Notes under the pieces: model-generated
The model's database searches: none
What the model was told of the DNA's origin: nothing
Seen by the model: only the letters and a program-made list of their open reading frames with translations
NCBI GenBank assembly: GCA_947630705.1
Contig: CANRIK010000002.1
Location: forward strand, 87,524-151,523
Length of the DNA: 64,000 nucleotides
DNA from: an uncultured Clostridia bacterium
Lineage (GTDB): Bacteria > Bacillota > Clostridia > Christensenellales > Borkfalkiaceae
Direction: 5' to 3'
Program-made: the position numbers and the translations under genes
Shown here: positions 19,222-28,818 of the stretch, piece after piece
Position numbering within the stretch: the stretch's first letter is position 1
Layout of the letters: the number at the start of each line of letters is the position of its first letter

Positions 19222-20127
19222 ATGGGCTATACCAAAAATATTGCTGTTATAAAGGGACTTTTGGGCGGATTTTCCGCGGACGGAGGTCCGCTTTCGGGGC
19301 TCGTGAAGGCCGAGAAATATTCCTCCGAACTGCGGATAGAAGTCAGCCTGATAAATTTCGCCCCCCTTTCGGAGGGCAGATATGTCGTCGCGCTTTCCGA
19401 CGGACCGCACACGCAGATAGTCGAGGACGGACTGTTCGAGGGCTCATCCGAAGTGGATACAAGTCAAGGCTTCGCCGCGGCGGTGTGCTACGTGAACGGG
19501 ACCGTCCAGCTCATTGCTTCGGCGGTATGCGGAAATTTCCATGCGGCGGCCTTCGGACTGAAAACGGAAATAGAGCGCGCGGAAAAAATAAAGAGCGTCT
19601 CCGCGGCGGCCGAAAACAAGGAGTCGGCTTCGGGTTACGAGGACGAGGCGCTCGCGGAGGAGAACTACTATGAATTCGGCGAAGTTGATGAAAACGGTGG
19701 AGCTGTATTCGAGACTGCGCAAGAGAAAGAGGACGGGAACAGGCCTGCGGAAGATGAAGAGAATTCTCACTCTGTCGGAGGCGGCCAAACAGATAAAGGC
19801 GGAAGATTTTACGGAAGAATGCGCGCGGAAATAGAGCGAGTGCTTTCAGATTATCCGCCTTCCGAGGAGCTCTGCGCCGCGGTGGAGGATTCGCGCTGGG
19901 TGGAGATAAGTTACGGCGGCGACAATTTTTATGTTTTCGGAGTTATAGTCCGCGACGGTCGGCCGCGCTACATATGTTACGGGATACCTACGTCGCAGAG
20001 CGACGTTCCGCCGGCCGGAATGCGCGGAATGGCAGCCTTTCTCGACGTAAAAACTCAACACGGTACGGGATTTTGGGTGATGTATCAGGACGCCGATACG
20101 GGCGAAAGAGTCAGATGCGGAGAATGA
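19222..20127 (+). CDS. hypothetical protein with two ordered domains joined by an acidic linker
   Basis: 301-aa ORF, RBS GAGGTAAGAG. No family recognised. The C-terminal block is YVFGVIVRDGRPRYICYGIP...GFWVMYQDADTGE. Confidence 0.6.
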   Translation: MGYTKNIAVIKGLLGGFSADGGPLSGLVKAEKYSSELRIEVSLINFAPLSEGRYVVALSDGPHTQIVEDGLFEGSSEVDTSQGFAAAVCYVNGTVQLIASAVCGNFHAAAFGLKTEIERAEKIKSVSAAAENKESASGYEDEALAEENYYEFGEVDENGGAVFETAQEKEDGNRPAEDEENSHSVGGGQTDKGGRFYGRMRAEIERVLSDYPPSEELCAAVEDSRWVEISYGGDNFYVFGVIVRDGRPRYICYGIPTSQSDVPPAGMRGMAAFLDVKTQHGTGFWVMYQDADTGERVRCGE

Positions 20128-20142
20128 ATTTTCGCATTTCGG

Positions 20143-20370
20143 CTATTTCAGTCCCTTGAAGGGTCTGAAAACTATCAGCGAATACAGGGAAAAGAGTGCC
20201 GCGACAAGACCGGACGCGAGCGCGCTTCTGTATATTACCGAATTGCCGAAGCATAGAAAAAGCAGAATGTTGAAGCCGGAAAAGGCATAGATTCCGCCGC
20301 ATATCGCAATCAAAGCCACTATAATTATACAAAGATCGCAAGAAAGCCTCATACCGGAAGTATGGGGCAT
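20143..20370 (-). CDS. possible small hydrophobic membrane protein
   Basis: 75-aa ORF with 2-3 predicted TM segments, but no SD or promoter recognised. Confidence 0.25.
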   Translation of the reverse strand: MPHTSGMRLSCDLCIIIVALIAICGGIYAFSGFNILLFLCFGNSVIYRSALASGLVAALFSLYSLIVFRPFKGLK

Positions 20371-20392
20371 TTTGGGCGTGGATATTCGCTTT

Positions 20393-20428
20393 AAAACAAA
20401 AAGCCGTCCGAAGATTCCGGAAGCGGCT
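20393..20428 (-). terminator. intrinsic terminator
   Basis: On the minus strand: AAGCCGCTTCCGGAATCTTCGGACGGCTT followed by TTTGTTTT. Confidence 0.65.
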
Positions 20429-20689
20429 TTAAAGTACTATTTTTTCGAGAACCAGCTTGTCGAAGGGAGTGGGCTCGGCAAAGTCTCTCGATAAGAATCG
20501 CACCGTATTGAATTTCGCATAGTTAAATATGTGCGTTTTCAAAAGTATGGGCGTGGGGATATCGAGCTCCTCGCAGATGTCCGCGAGATATGAAAAAAAT
20601 CGGGAATAGGAAAACTTGTCCGCACTCTCGTACATCAGCTGGTCTATTATCTTTTCGCCCTTTATAACCTTCGCCCAAATTCTGAACAT
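20429..20689 (-). CDS. hypothetical 86-aa protein
   Basis: MFRIWAKVIKGEKIIDQLMYES... Only the 3' third of track ORF 20429-21004 looks protein-like. The upstream part is low-complexity and overlaps the asnC promoter and gene. Confidence 0.55.
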   Translation of the reverse strand: MFRIWAKVIKGEKIIDQLMYESADKFSYSRFFSYLADICEELDIPTPILLKTHIFNYAKFNTVRFLSRDFAEPTPFDKLVLEKIVL

Positions 20690-20695
20690 ACTGAA

Positions 20696-20725
20696 ATTAT
20701 ATAAAATTAACGCGCTTTGGGCAAA
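20696..20725 (-). promoter_or_regulatory. promoter of the 86-aa gene, apparently leaderless
   Basis: On the minus strand: TTTGCC, 18 nt, TATAAT, then 6 nt (TTCAGT), then ATG 20689. No SD. Confidence 0.45.
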
Positions 20726-20740
20726 CGTTTTTGAAATATA

Positions 20741-20769
20741 TTGACAACTTCTTTCAAAAAAGTTAAAAT
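20741..20769 (+). promoter_or_regulatory. asnC-family gene promoter
   Basis: TTGACA, 17 nt, TAAAAT. A normal leader with AAAGGAA RBS follows. Confidence 0.6.
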
Positions 20770-20801
20770 TAATGAAATTATAATTAAAGGAACTGACTTT
20801 T

Positions 20802-21293
20802 ATGAATAAAACGGACAGGGATATTCTCGAACTGATACAGGAGGATTCGCGCCTCACTTCCAAAAAACTCGCCGCGGCGGTCGGCGTTTCGGAGGAAGAG
20901 GTCAAATCGCGCGTCCGCGCCCTCGAAGAGAGCGGAGTGATCGTGAGATATACGGCCATTATCAACGCCGAAGAGCTGGAAGAGAGCGCTGTGGAGGCGC
21001 TCATCGAAGTTAAGGTAACGCCCCAGCGCGGCCACGGGTTCGATAAAATAGCCCGTGAAATAGCCGCCCACGACGAGGTGAAAAATCTCTATCTCATGAG
21101 CGGCGGCTACGATCTCGCCGTAATAGTCCGCGGCAATTCTCTCCGCGCCGTCTCGCGCTTCGTTTCCGAAAAGATCTCCACCTACGATACGGTGATTTCC
21201 ACCGCAACTCACTTCATTCTCAAAAAATACAAGGTCGAAGGCGCAGATATGACTGCGAGGGAGAGCGGAGACCGTTTGAGCGTACAGGCTTAA
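20802..21293 (+). CDS. Lrp/AsnC-family transcriptional regulator
   Basis: N-terminal wHTH (DRDILELIQEDSRLTSKKLAAAVGVSEEEV) plus a C-terminal RAM-type domain, 163 aa. Confidence 0.88.
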   Translation: MNKTDRDILELIQEDSRLTSKKLAAAVGVSEEEVKSRVRALEESGVIVRYTAIINAEELEESAVEALIEVKVTPQRGHGFDKIAREIAAHDEVKNLYLMSGGYDLAVIVRGNSLRAVSRFVSEKISTYDTVISTATHFILKKYKVEGADMTARESGDRLSVQA

Positions 21294-21297
21294 ATGA

Positions 21298-21510
21298 CAT
21301 ATAAACGTCGTTCTGCTTTGTCGCGCTTTCGTTTCCCCTCGGTCGCCAAAGTACGCCCCCACGGGAGAATCCTCGCATTTCTCGCATAACTCGTTTCTAT
21401 GCCATTTAAAGGCGCCTTGCATGTCGCGCATTCGTTCCCCTCGGTCGCGTACGACAAAGTACGCTCCCCACGGGAGAATCCTCGCGCTTCTCTTACGGCA
21501 TTTAAATTTT
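21298..21510 (+). repeat. tandem pair of a structured ~103-bp hairpin repeat (family shared with 41053-41277)
   Basis: Two units anchored by TGTCGCGC (21319 and 21422), each with a CGGTCGC(GTAC)..AAAGTACGC..CCACGGGAGAATCCTCGC core. Flanks are GCATATAAAC.TCGTTCTGC / CGCATAACTCGTTTCTATGC, as at the second locus. Confidence 0.8.
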
Positions 21511-21581
21511 ACGTTTGACAGTCATGGGCGGCGCCCTTGTCTTTTAAGAAAAATAAAAATCCGAATAAGCGGTAAAGAAAA

Positions 21582-22763
21582 ATGAGAAAATTCGTCAATT
21601 CGCGCGCGGAGTCGTTGAAGCCGAGCGGAATAAGAAAATTTTTTGATATAGTTCAGCATATGGAGGGCGCCATATCTCTCGGCGTGGGCGAGCCCGATTT
21701 CGTCACGCCTTGGAACGTGCGCGACGCCGCCGTGCGCTACATACGTCTGGGATATACTCAATACACGGGCAATCGCGGACTGCCGGAGTTGAGAGAGCTC
21801 GTCTGCCGATATCTTAAAGAGAGATTCGACGTGGAATATTCCCCCGAGCGCACCATAATTACCGTGGGCGCGAGCGAAGCCATAGATCTTGCGCTCCGCG
21901 CCACATGCGAAGTGGGCGACGAAATACTTGTTCCCGAGCCCTCTTATGTCAGTTACGCTCCCGCCGTCTCCCTCGCCGGAGGCGAACCGGTGGCCGTCAG
22001 GTGTTCCGCCGGAAACGATTTCATACTTACGCCGGAGATTTTGGAAGAGGCCATAACTCCGCGGACGAAGGCGCTTATTCTCCCCTACCCCAACAACCCC
22101 ACCGGCGCAATAATGACGAGGGAGCAGTTGGAGGCCATTGTTCCCGTCATAATCAAGCACGATTTGCTCGTCATTTCCGACGAAATTTACGCCGAACTCA
22201 CCTATGTCGGCAGGCATTTTTCCATAGCTTCCATAGAGGGCATGGCGGAGCGCACCGTGTATATAGGCGGATTTTCCAAGGCGTTCGCAATGACCGGCTG
22301 GCGCGTGGGCTTTGTCTGCGCTCCCGAAGAGGTGGACGCGGCCATGCTCAAAATCCATCAGTATACCATTCTTTGCGCGCCCAACATGAGCCAGCGCGCC
22401 GCGGTGACCGCTCTCAAAGAGGGCTTCGAGGACGACTTTTCCACTATCGCGGAGATGCGCGACGAGTATGAAAAGAGGGGAAAATTTCTTGCCGATTCCC
22501 TCAATTCGCTGGGACTTTCGTGTTTTATGCCGAAGGGAGCTTTTTACATATTTGCCTCGGTGGAGTCCACAGGAATGGACGGCGACGAGTTTGCCAACCG
22601 CTTGCTCGCCGCAAAAAAGGTTGCGGTGGTCCCGGGCGGCGCGTTCGGCTCCGCCGGCAGACGCTTCATTCGTTGCAGTTACGCCACATCTATGTCGCAG
22701 CTGAACGACGCCGTGCTCCGCATAGAGGAATTCCTCTCCGAATGCGGCGCAAAAGCCGACTAA
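21582..22763 (+). CDS. class I/II PLP-dependent aminotransferase
   Basis: 393 aa. GEPDF, NNPTG, and the PLP-lysine block GFSKAFAMTGWRVG. Confidence 0.9.
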   Translation: MRKFVNSRAESLKPSGIRKFFDIVQHMEGAISLGVGEPDFVTPWNVRDAAVRYIRLGYTQYTGNRGLPELRELVCRYLKERFDVEYSPERTIITVGASEAIDLALRATCEVGDEILVPEPSYVSYAPAVSLAGGEPVAVRCSAGNDFILTPEILEEAITPRTKALILPYPNNPTGAIMTREQLEAIVPVIIKHDLLVISDEIYAELTYVGRHFSIASIEGMAERTVYIGGFSKAFAMTGWRVGFVCAPEEVDAAMLKIHQYTILCAPNMSQRAAVTALKEGFEDDFSTIAEMRDEYEKRGKFLADSLNSLGLSCFMPKGAFYIFASVESTGMDGDEFANRLLAAKKVAVVPGGAFGSAGRRFIRCSYATSMSQLNDAVLRIEEFLSECGAKAD

Positions 22764-22809
22764 AAAGACGGCTTCGGGGTAAAATTTTCGCATACGGAGC
22801 CTCTAACCG

Positions 22810-22838
22810 TTGACAAACGGGGTTCCAAACTATATAAT
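22810..22838 (+). promoter_or_regulatory. greA promoter
   Basis: TTGACA, 17 nt, TATAAT (perfect consensus). Confidence 0.7.
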
Positions 22839-22855
22839 ATAGTGGCAACAAAGGC

Positions 22856-22888
22856 GTGATTCCGCATGTTACGGAATCACTTTTGTTT
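22856..22888 (+). terminator. terminator-like hairpin inside the greA leader
   Basis: GTGATTCCG-catgtta-CGGAATCAC followed by TTTTGTTT. Located between the promoter and the greA RBS. Confidence 0.65.
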
Positions 22889-22914
22889 ATTCAATCTGTT
22901 TCAGAGGTATAAAA

Positions 22915-23385
22915 ATGGCTGATTTGATAGTAATGACGCAGAAAAATTACGAGGATCTTAAAAAGGAGCTCGATTATCTCGTAAAGGTCAAAAGACCGGA
23001 AATCATCGAGCGCATCGCGGAGGCGCGCAGTCACGGCGACCTCTCCGAGAACGCGGAGTACGACGCCGCGCGCGAGGAACAGCGTTCAAACGAGGGAAAA
23101 ATAGCGGAAATCGAGTATAAAATCAAAAACGCGGATATCCGCGAGGAGAACACGGACACAAGTTACGTGCATCTCGGCAGCGTGGTTACCGTATACGACG
23201 AGGACCTCGAAGAAGAGGCGGAGTATACTATTACTTCCGTGACCGAAGTGGACGTTATGAACAACAAAATCTCCGTAGAATCTCCCGTCGGCGCCGCGCT
23301 TCTCCGCAAAAAGGCCGGCGACAAGGCCGAAGTGAAGTGTCCCGACGGCAGCACATATACTCTTAAAATCAAGGCGATAAAGTAA
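22915..23385 (+). CDS. greA: transcription elongation factor GreA
   Basis: 156 aa. Coiled-coil N-domain with DLSENAEYDAAREEQ and a C-terminal globular domain. Confidence 0.95.
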   Translation: MADLIVMTQKNYEDLKKELDYLVKVKRPEIIERIAEARSHGDLSENAEYDAAREEQRSNEGKIAEIEYKIKNADIREENTDTSYVHLGSVVTVYDEDLEEEAEYTITSVTEVDVMNNKISVESPVGAALLRKKAGDKAEVKCPDGSTYTLKIKAIK

Positions 23386-23390
23386 ATTTT

Positions 23391-24908
23391 ATGGAAGAGA
23401 TAAACACCGCGCCTCTCACCGAGGCGGAAGAGGCCGAGCGCCTCGCAGAACAGGCGGTCATCCGCCGCGAAAAACTTTCAAAGCTCTGCGCCGACGGCAA
23501 CGACCCGTTCGTAAAGGTCAAATATGCCGTCGATTGCAGTTCGGCGGAGATAATAGAAAACTTTGCGGAGTTCGAGGGCAAAGAAGTATCCGTAGCCGGG
23601 AGGCTCATGTCGCGCAGAATCATGGGCAAGGCCTCCTTTTCGCACATACAGGACGGCGCCGGACAGATTCAGATTTACGTCAGGCGCGACGACGTGGGCG
23701 AGGAGGATTACGCCTCCTTCAAAAAGGACTATGATATAGGCGACATAATAGGTCTGCGCGGCTATGTATTCAAGACGCAGACGGGCGAAATTTCGGTGCA
23801 TTGCAGTCATATTGAGATGCTCACCAAATGTCTCCGTCCTCTTCCCGAAAAACAGCACGGATTGAGGGACGCCGACACCCGTTACCGCCAGCGCGACCTC
23901 GACCTCATCGTCAATCCCGAAGTCAAGGACGTATTTATAAAGCGTTCGAAGATAATAAAGGAGTTGCGCGCTTTTCTGGACGGCAGGGGCTTTCTCGAAG
24001 TGGATACGCCCGTTTTGACCACCCTCGAAATCGGCGCGGCGGCCCGTCCCTTCAAGACGAGGCACAACGCCCTCGATATAGATATGTATCTGCGCATAGA
24101 GACGGAGCTCTATCTGAAACGTTGCATAGTCGGCGGACTTGAAAGAGTTTACGAAGTGGGCAGAATTTTCAGAAACGAGGGAATGGACGCCTTCCATAAT
24201 CCCGAGTTCACAACCATAGAGGTATATCAGGCTTACGCCGATTACTTCGACATGATGGAGCTCGTGGAAGATATGTACAGAACGGTGGCTCGCAACGTCT
24301 GCGGAACGGACAAAATAACCTATCAGGGCACGGAGATAGACTTCGGCGCGCCCTTTATGAGAATGACGATGAAGGAGGCCGTAAAGAAATACTGCGGCGC
24401 CGACTACGACAGCTGGAAATCCGACGAAGAGGCGCGCGCCGCGGCCAAAGCTCTCCGCGCAGAAGTGAAGGAGGGAGAGTCGGCTACTCGCGGACACGTG
24501 CTCATAGCGCTCTTCGACGCCTTTGTCGAGGATAAACTCGTTCAGCCTACGTTTATCTACGATTATCCCGTGGAAAATTCCCCCCTCGCAAAGCGCAAAG
24601 AGGGCGACCCTCTTTTCACGCAGAGATTCGAATACTTCATTTGCGGCCACGAGTTCGGCAACGCATTCTCGGAGCTCAACGACCCCATAGACCAGAAACA
24701 GCGTTTTGTAAAGCAGGTCGAAGAGAAGAGAAAACAGGAGCCCGAGTGCAACGCGCAGGTGGACGAAGAGTTTATAACCGCGCTCGAATACGGTCTGCCC
24801 CCCACGGGCGGTTTGGGCTTCGGTGTGGACAGATTGGTTATGCTCCTCACGGACAGCCCCACGATAAGAGACGTGCTCTTGTTCCCCACAATGAAGCCTC
24901 GCCGTTGA
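23391..24908 (+). CDS. lysS: lysine--tRNA ligase, class II
   Basis: 505 aa. OB anticodon domain, motif 2 FRNEG, motif 3 GGLGFGVDRLVM. Conserved greA-lysS adjacency. Confidence 0.96.
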   Translation: MEEINTAPLTEAEEAERLAEQAVIRREKLSKLCADGNDPFVKVKYAVDCSSAEIIENFAEFEGKEVSVAGRLMSRRIMGKASFSHIQDGAGQIQIYVRRDDVGEEDYASFKKDYDIGDIIGLRGYVFKTQTGEISVHCSHIEMLTKCLRPLPEKQHGLRDADTRYRQRDLDLIVNPEVKDVFIKRSKIIKELRAFLDGRGFLEVDTPVLTTLEIGAAARPFKTRHNALDIDMYLRIETELYLKRCIVGGLERVYEVGRIFRNEGMDAFHNPEFTTIEVYQAYADYFDMMELVEDMYRTVARNVCGTDKITYQGTEIDFGAPFMRMTMKEAVKKYCGADYDSWKSDEEARAAAKALRAEVKEGESATRGHVLIALFDAFVEDKLVQPTFIYDYPVENSPLAKRKEGDPLFTQRFEYFICGHEFGNAFSELNDPIDQKQRFVKQVEEKRKQEPECNAQVDEEFITALEYGLPPTGGLGFGVDRLVMLLTDSPTIRDVLLFPTMKPRR

Positions 24909-25002
24909 CCCGTGGATATGCCCCGTTCAACGCCCCTTTTTGAGGCGCGAACGGCAAAATACAAAAATCAGATTTTTGCGGTTGAAACCGCCATATACAG
25001 CT

Positions 25003-26340
25003 ATGTACGATTATCTTATTTACAACCAACTCAAAAAACATTCGGGTGCGGAAAAAACCTTCCATATGCCCGGGCATAAGGCGCGCGGAGAATTCAAAAA
25101 GCTCTTCCCCGTGGCGGATATCGACGTGACGGAGCTGTCTTATTCGGACAATCTGGCCGCTCCCGACGGCGTGATAGCTGCCGCCCAGCGCGATATGGCT
25201 TCCATTCTGGGAGCGGCGCGTTCGTACATACTCACGGACGGCTCTTCTTCGGGAGTGTTTTCCATGCTGTACGCCGCGTCCAAGCGCGGAACCAAAGTGA
25301 TAGTGCCGCGGAACTGCCATCAGAGCGTATGGAACGCTTGCAGAGTGCTCGGCATAGAGCCGGTTATAGTGCAGGGCAAGACGGAGAACGGAATAATGCT
25401 TCCGCCCCCTCCCGAAGAGATTCTGCGCATAGCGCAAAACGACGCCACAGTAGCCGGAATGATAGTCACAAGCCCCGATTACTACGGCAATATAGCCCCT
25501 TTGACGGCATATGCGGAGATTCTCCGCTCATATAAAAAGATTCTCATGGTGGACGGCGCGCACGGCGCGCATCTGGCATTTGCTCCCGATAGAAACGGCT
25601 ATGCCGGACGTTGCGCCGATATCTGGGTGGACGGCGCGCACAAGACGTTGTCCACGCTCACGCAGGGCGCCGTTCTCAACATAAACGACAGCGACTTATT
25701 TGCCGACGCGGAGGATGGACTCTCGATCTTCCGCACGACTTCACCCAGCTATCCCATTATGGCGTCCGTGGAATACGGCGTCAAACTGCTCGCCAACAAT
25801 AAAAAGCTGTATCAGAACGCCGAAACAGCGTCGCTCATAATCAGAAATTACAAGGGACTGCACGTCTATCCTTCCGCCGATTGGACGAAGGTGGCGGTGG
25901 ACTGCGCGCCTCACGGCGTATCCGCCGATCTCGCCGCCGCGGAGCTCGAAAAACGCGACATATATTGCGAATTCAGCGACGGAAGATATCTTTTGTTCTA
26001 TCTCTCGCCCGTAGTGAACTCCGGCGACGTGAAGAAACTCGCTCGGGCGGTGAAGAGCGTGCTCTCTCAAAAGAAGCTCTCTTCCACATACCGTCAGCGC
26101 GCGGTCGTCGCACAGTCGGCGCGGACATACAGTTTCCAATACGCCATCAAAAAACATTCGGAATGGGTGGAGCCGCAGGAGGCCGTGGGCAGAATGTGCG
26201 CCAAGAACTTCGGACTTACTCCCCCCTGTATTCCCGTCTGCATAGCCGGTGAAATGATTACCGAATCGGCAGTCAACGCCGTAAAAGAGGGAAAGACGTT
26301 CGGTCTGAACAACGGCAAGATAAAGGTGGTTGCAAAGTGA
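25003..26340 (+). CDS. Orn/Lys/Arg decarboxylase-family PLP enzyme (YaaO-like)
   Basis: FHMPGHK N-terminus, DGAHKT PLP-lysine block, position upstream of tmk as for B. subtilis yaaO. Start at ATG 25003. Confidence 0.85.
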   Translation: MYDYLIYNQLKKHSGAEKTFHMPGHKARGEFKKLFPVADIDVTELSYSDNLAAPDGVIAAAQRDMASILGAARSYILTDGSSSGVFSMLYAASKRGTKVIVPRNCHQSVWNACRVLGIEPVIVQGKTENGIMLPPPPEEILRIAQNDATVAGMIVTSPDYYGNIAPLTAYAEILRSYKKILMVDGAHGAHLAFAPDRNGYAGRCADIWVDGAHKTLSTLTQGAVLNINDSDLFADAEDGLSIFRTTSPSYPIMASVEYGVKLLANNKKLYQNAETASLIIRNYKGLHVYPSADWTKVAVDCAPHGVSADLAAAELEKRDIYCEFSDGRYLLFYLSPVVNSGDVKKLARAVKSVLSQKKLSSTYRQRAVVAQSARTYSFQYAIKKHSEWVEPQEAVGRMCAKNFGLTPPCIPVCIAGEMITESAVNAVKEGKTFGLNNGKIKVVAK

Positions 26341-26960
26341 AAGGCAAGTTTATAACCTTCGAGGGCTGCGAGGGCTCCGGCAAGAGCACCCAGCTTCGGT
26401 TTTTAGGTGAATATCTTACCCAAAAGGGCGTAGACTTTGTAATGACTCGCGAGCCGGGCGGCAGCGAAATAGCCGAGGACATAAGAAGGATAATTTTAAA
26501 TGGCAGATATACCGCCATGTGCGACGAATGCGAGGCACTCCTCTACGCCGCCGCGCGGGTTCAGCACTTAAAAGAAGTCGTCGCTCCGGCTCTGGAAAGC
26601 GGAAAGCTCGTGGTCTGCGACAGGTTCGTGGATTCGTCTTTCGCCTATCAGGGCTATGCGAGGGGACTCGGAGAGCGCTTTATAAGCGACATAAACCGTT
26701 TTGCAATCCAAAACTATTCCCCCGATCTCACTATTTTTCTGGATATATCCCCCAAGGCGGCGTTCGAAAGAAAGCACGGCGCCGACAGCTCCGACAGAAT
26801 GGAGAGTCTGGGATTGGAATTTCACGAGAAGGTGTACGAGGGATATAAAAAACTCGAAGGGAAATTTCCGCGCTTCCGACCGGTGTATTGCGGCGGCAGC
26901 AAGTTCGAGACGGCGGAAAACATAAAAAATCTGCTGCGAGCGGAAAATATTATAGATTGA
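26337..26960 (+). CDS. tmk: thymidylate kinase
   Basis: P-loop FITFEGCEGSGKSTQ, DRF motif. GTG start overlaps the upstream stop. Confidence 0.93.
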   Translation: MKGKFITFEGCEGSGKSTQLRFLGEYLTQKGVDFVMTREPGGSEIAEDIRRIILNGRYTAMCDECEALLYAAARVQHLKEVVAPALESGKLVVCDRFVDSSFAYQGYARGLGERFISDINRFAIQNYSPDLTIFLDISPKAAFERKHGADSSDRMESLGLEFHEKVYEGYKKLEGKFPRFRPVYCGGSKFETAENIKNLLRAENIID

Positions 26961-26961
26961 A

Positions 26962-27867
26962 TTGGAAAAACTTATAAAGAGCACAACAGCATTTAAGATA
27001 TTTTCGACGGACAGGATTTCTGGCAGGCTTTCGCACGCCTATTTACTGCATTTTGCCGACCCCGACAATCTCCGCGCCGCGCTGAAAATATTTGCCGTGG
27101 AATTTTTCGGCAACGGCGCCGAGAGCGATCGCGTCCGCCGCGAGAGCTATACCGATTTGAGAATATATCCGGCAGTCGGCGCGAAAATAACCGTTGACGG
27201 GATAAGCGAGATCATTGCGGACAGCGCTCTCAAACCCGTAGAGGGCGAAAAAAAGCTCTTTATAATAACAGATTTCGACAGCGCTTCGGCGCTGGCGCAG
27301 AACAAACTTCTGAAAACGCTCGAAGAGCCCTTGACGGGGATATATTTCATACTCGGCGCGACTTCGCTCGCGCCCGTGCTCGACACGATAATTTCGAGAG
27401 TCAAGGTTTTGGAAGTTCCTCCTTTTTCCGAAGAGCAGATATATGCCGCGCTCTGCCGCATCGGCGAAAACGAACAGAACGCAGCGGCGGCCGGAAGCTG
27501 CAACGGAGTTCTGGGGGTCGCCGCGCGCATGGTGTCGGGCGGCTGGTTTTCGGAGATAAGGAGAGCGGCGGAGGAAATTTGTTCCGCCGACGACGTGAAT
27601 AAAATTACGGAAGCGGCAAAAAAATACGGGGACACGAAGTACAAAAAAGAACTGCTGTCGGAGATGCGCAACATCTATTTCAATGCGCTGACAAAAGGCG
27701 GAAAACTCAACACGTTCCTCGATAAACACACATTGATATACGCCCTTGAAGAGCTGACGCGCGCCAACGCCGATTTGCAATTCAACGCGTTTTTTCAGGG
27801 GCTTTTATACGACTTTATGCTCAAAGTCGTCAAGGAGAACGATAAATGGCAAAAATTACAGGAGTAA
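26962..27867 (+). CDS. holB: DNA polymerase III delta' subunit
   Basis: SHAYLL..., NKLLKTLEEP box, position after tmk. TTG start. Confidence 0.85.
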   Translation: MEKLIKSTTAFKIFSTDRISGRLSHAYLLHFADPDNLRAALKIFAVEFFGNGAESDRVRRESYTDLRIYPAVGAKITVDGISEIIADSALKPVEGEKKLFIITDFDSASALAQNKLLKTLEEPLTGIYFILGATSLAPVLDTIISRVKVLEVPPFSEEQIYAALCRIGENEQNAAAAGSCNGVLGVAARMVSGGWFSEIRRAAEEICSADDVNKITEAAKKYGDTKYKKELLSEMRNIYFNALTKGGKLNTFLDKHTLIYALEELTRANADLQFNAFFQGLLYDFMLKVVKENDKWQKLQE

Positions 27868-28721
27868 CCTTCAAAGAGGGCGGCAAAGTATATTATTTTT
27901 CGCCCGGCAAGGACAGATATAAAGAGGGGATGGGGGTCATTGTGGAGACTACTCGCGGCGTGGAGTACGCCACGGTGGTCATACCCTTTGCGGAAGTGCC
28001 CGAAGAAAAGCTGGTTTCCCCTCTCAAACCGATAATGCGTATAGCAAGTCCGAAGGACAGGGAAATTCACCGCAAGAATCTCGAAAAAAAGGACGGCGCG
28101 CTCAAAATCGTAGCCGAAAAGATTGAAAAACACAATCTGGACATGAAGCTCATAGACTGCGAATTCACTTTCGACGGCGCAAAGGCGGTGTTCTACTATT
28201 CGGCTCCCCAACGCGTGGATTTCCGCGAACTCGTAAAGGAGCTTTCGCAGATTTTCAAGATGCGCATAGAGCTCCGTCAGGTGGGCATACGCGACGAGAT
28301 AAAGATGATAGGCGGTCTCGCTCCCTGCGGCAGAGAGTGCTGTTGCGCGAGCTGCATGCCGGATTTTAAAAAAGTATCCATAAAGATGGCCAAGAATCAG
28401 GGGCTCTCGCTGAACCCCGGGAAAATTTCGGGGCTCTGCGGCAGACTCATGTGCTGTCTGGCCTATGAGAACGATTATTACTCCGACGCCTTCAAAAAGA
28501 TGCCCAAAATAGGCTCCGAGGTGGTTTCTCCCGACGGCAAGGGCACGGTCGTGAACATTAATATGCTCAAAATGGAGGTGCGCGTGCGCATCGACGACAA
28601 GGAGAAAGACATTTTCACCTATCACGATTATCCCGTGACCGACCTCAAATTCAAGGTTTCGCAGAAGGCGGAGAAAGAGGACGAGGAAGTTCCGGCCGAT
28701 CTCAAAGAAATTCTCGATTAA
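27846..28721 (+). CDS. ricT: PSP1-domain protein RicT/YaaT
   Basis: PSP1 C-terminal domain with CGRECCCASC and CGRLMCCL Cys clusters. Follows holB, overlapping it by 22 nt. Confidence 0.88.
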   Translation: MAKITGVTFKEGGKVYYFSPGKDRYKEGMGVIVETTRGVEYATVVIPFAEVPEEKLVSPLKPIMRIASPKDREIHRKNLEKKDGALKIVAEKIEKHNLDMKLIDCEFTFDGAKAVFYYSAPQRVDFRELVKELSQIFKMRIELRQVGIRDEIKMIGGLAPCGRECCCASCMPDFKKVSIKMAKNQGLSLNPGKISGLCGRLMCCLAYENDYYSDAFKKMPKIGSEVVSPDGKGTVVNINMLKMEVRVRIDDKEKDIFTYHDYPVTDLKFKVSQKAEKEDEEVPADLKEILD

Positions 28722-28818
28722 ACGCCGGCTAAATTTTATTAAAATTTCATTTTTTCTCTTTACAGTCTTTAAAATGTGTGATATAATACCTCTACAAACG
28801 TATTAATGGAGGGAAATT

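Noticed and set aside
21298-21510. Integron attC sites or a rho-independent terminator as an explanation for the hairpin repeats
   Set aside because: No RYYYAAC/GTTRRRY core sites could be matched at the ends, there is no integrase nearby, and no U-tract follows the hairpins.
21522-22793. 423-aa minus-strand ORF
   Set aside because: It lies antisense to the aminotransferase, which carries the PLP-lysine block.
23386-23390. T-box leader for lysS
   Set aside because: lysS starts 5 nt after the greA stop, so there is no room for a leader.
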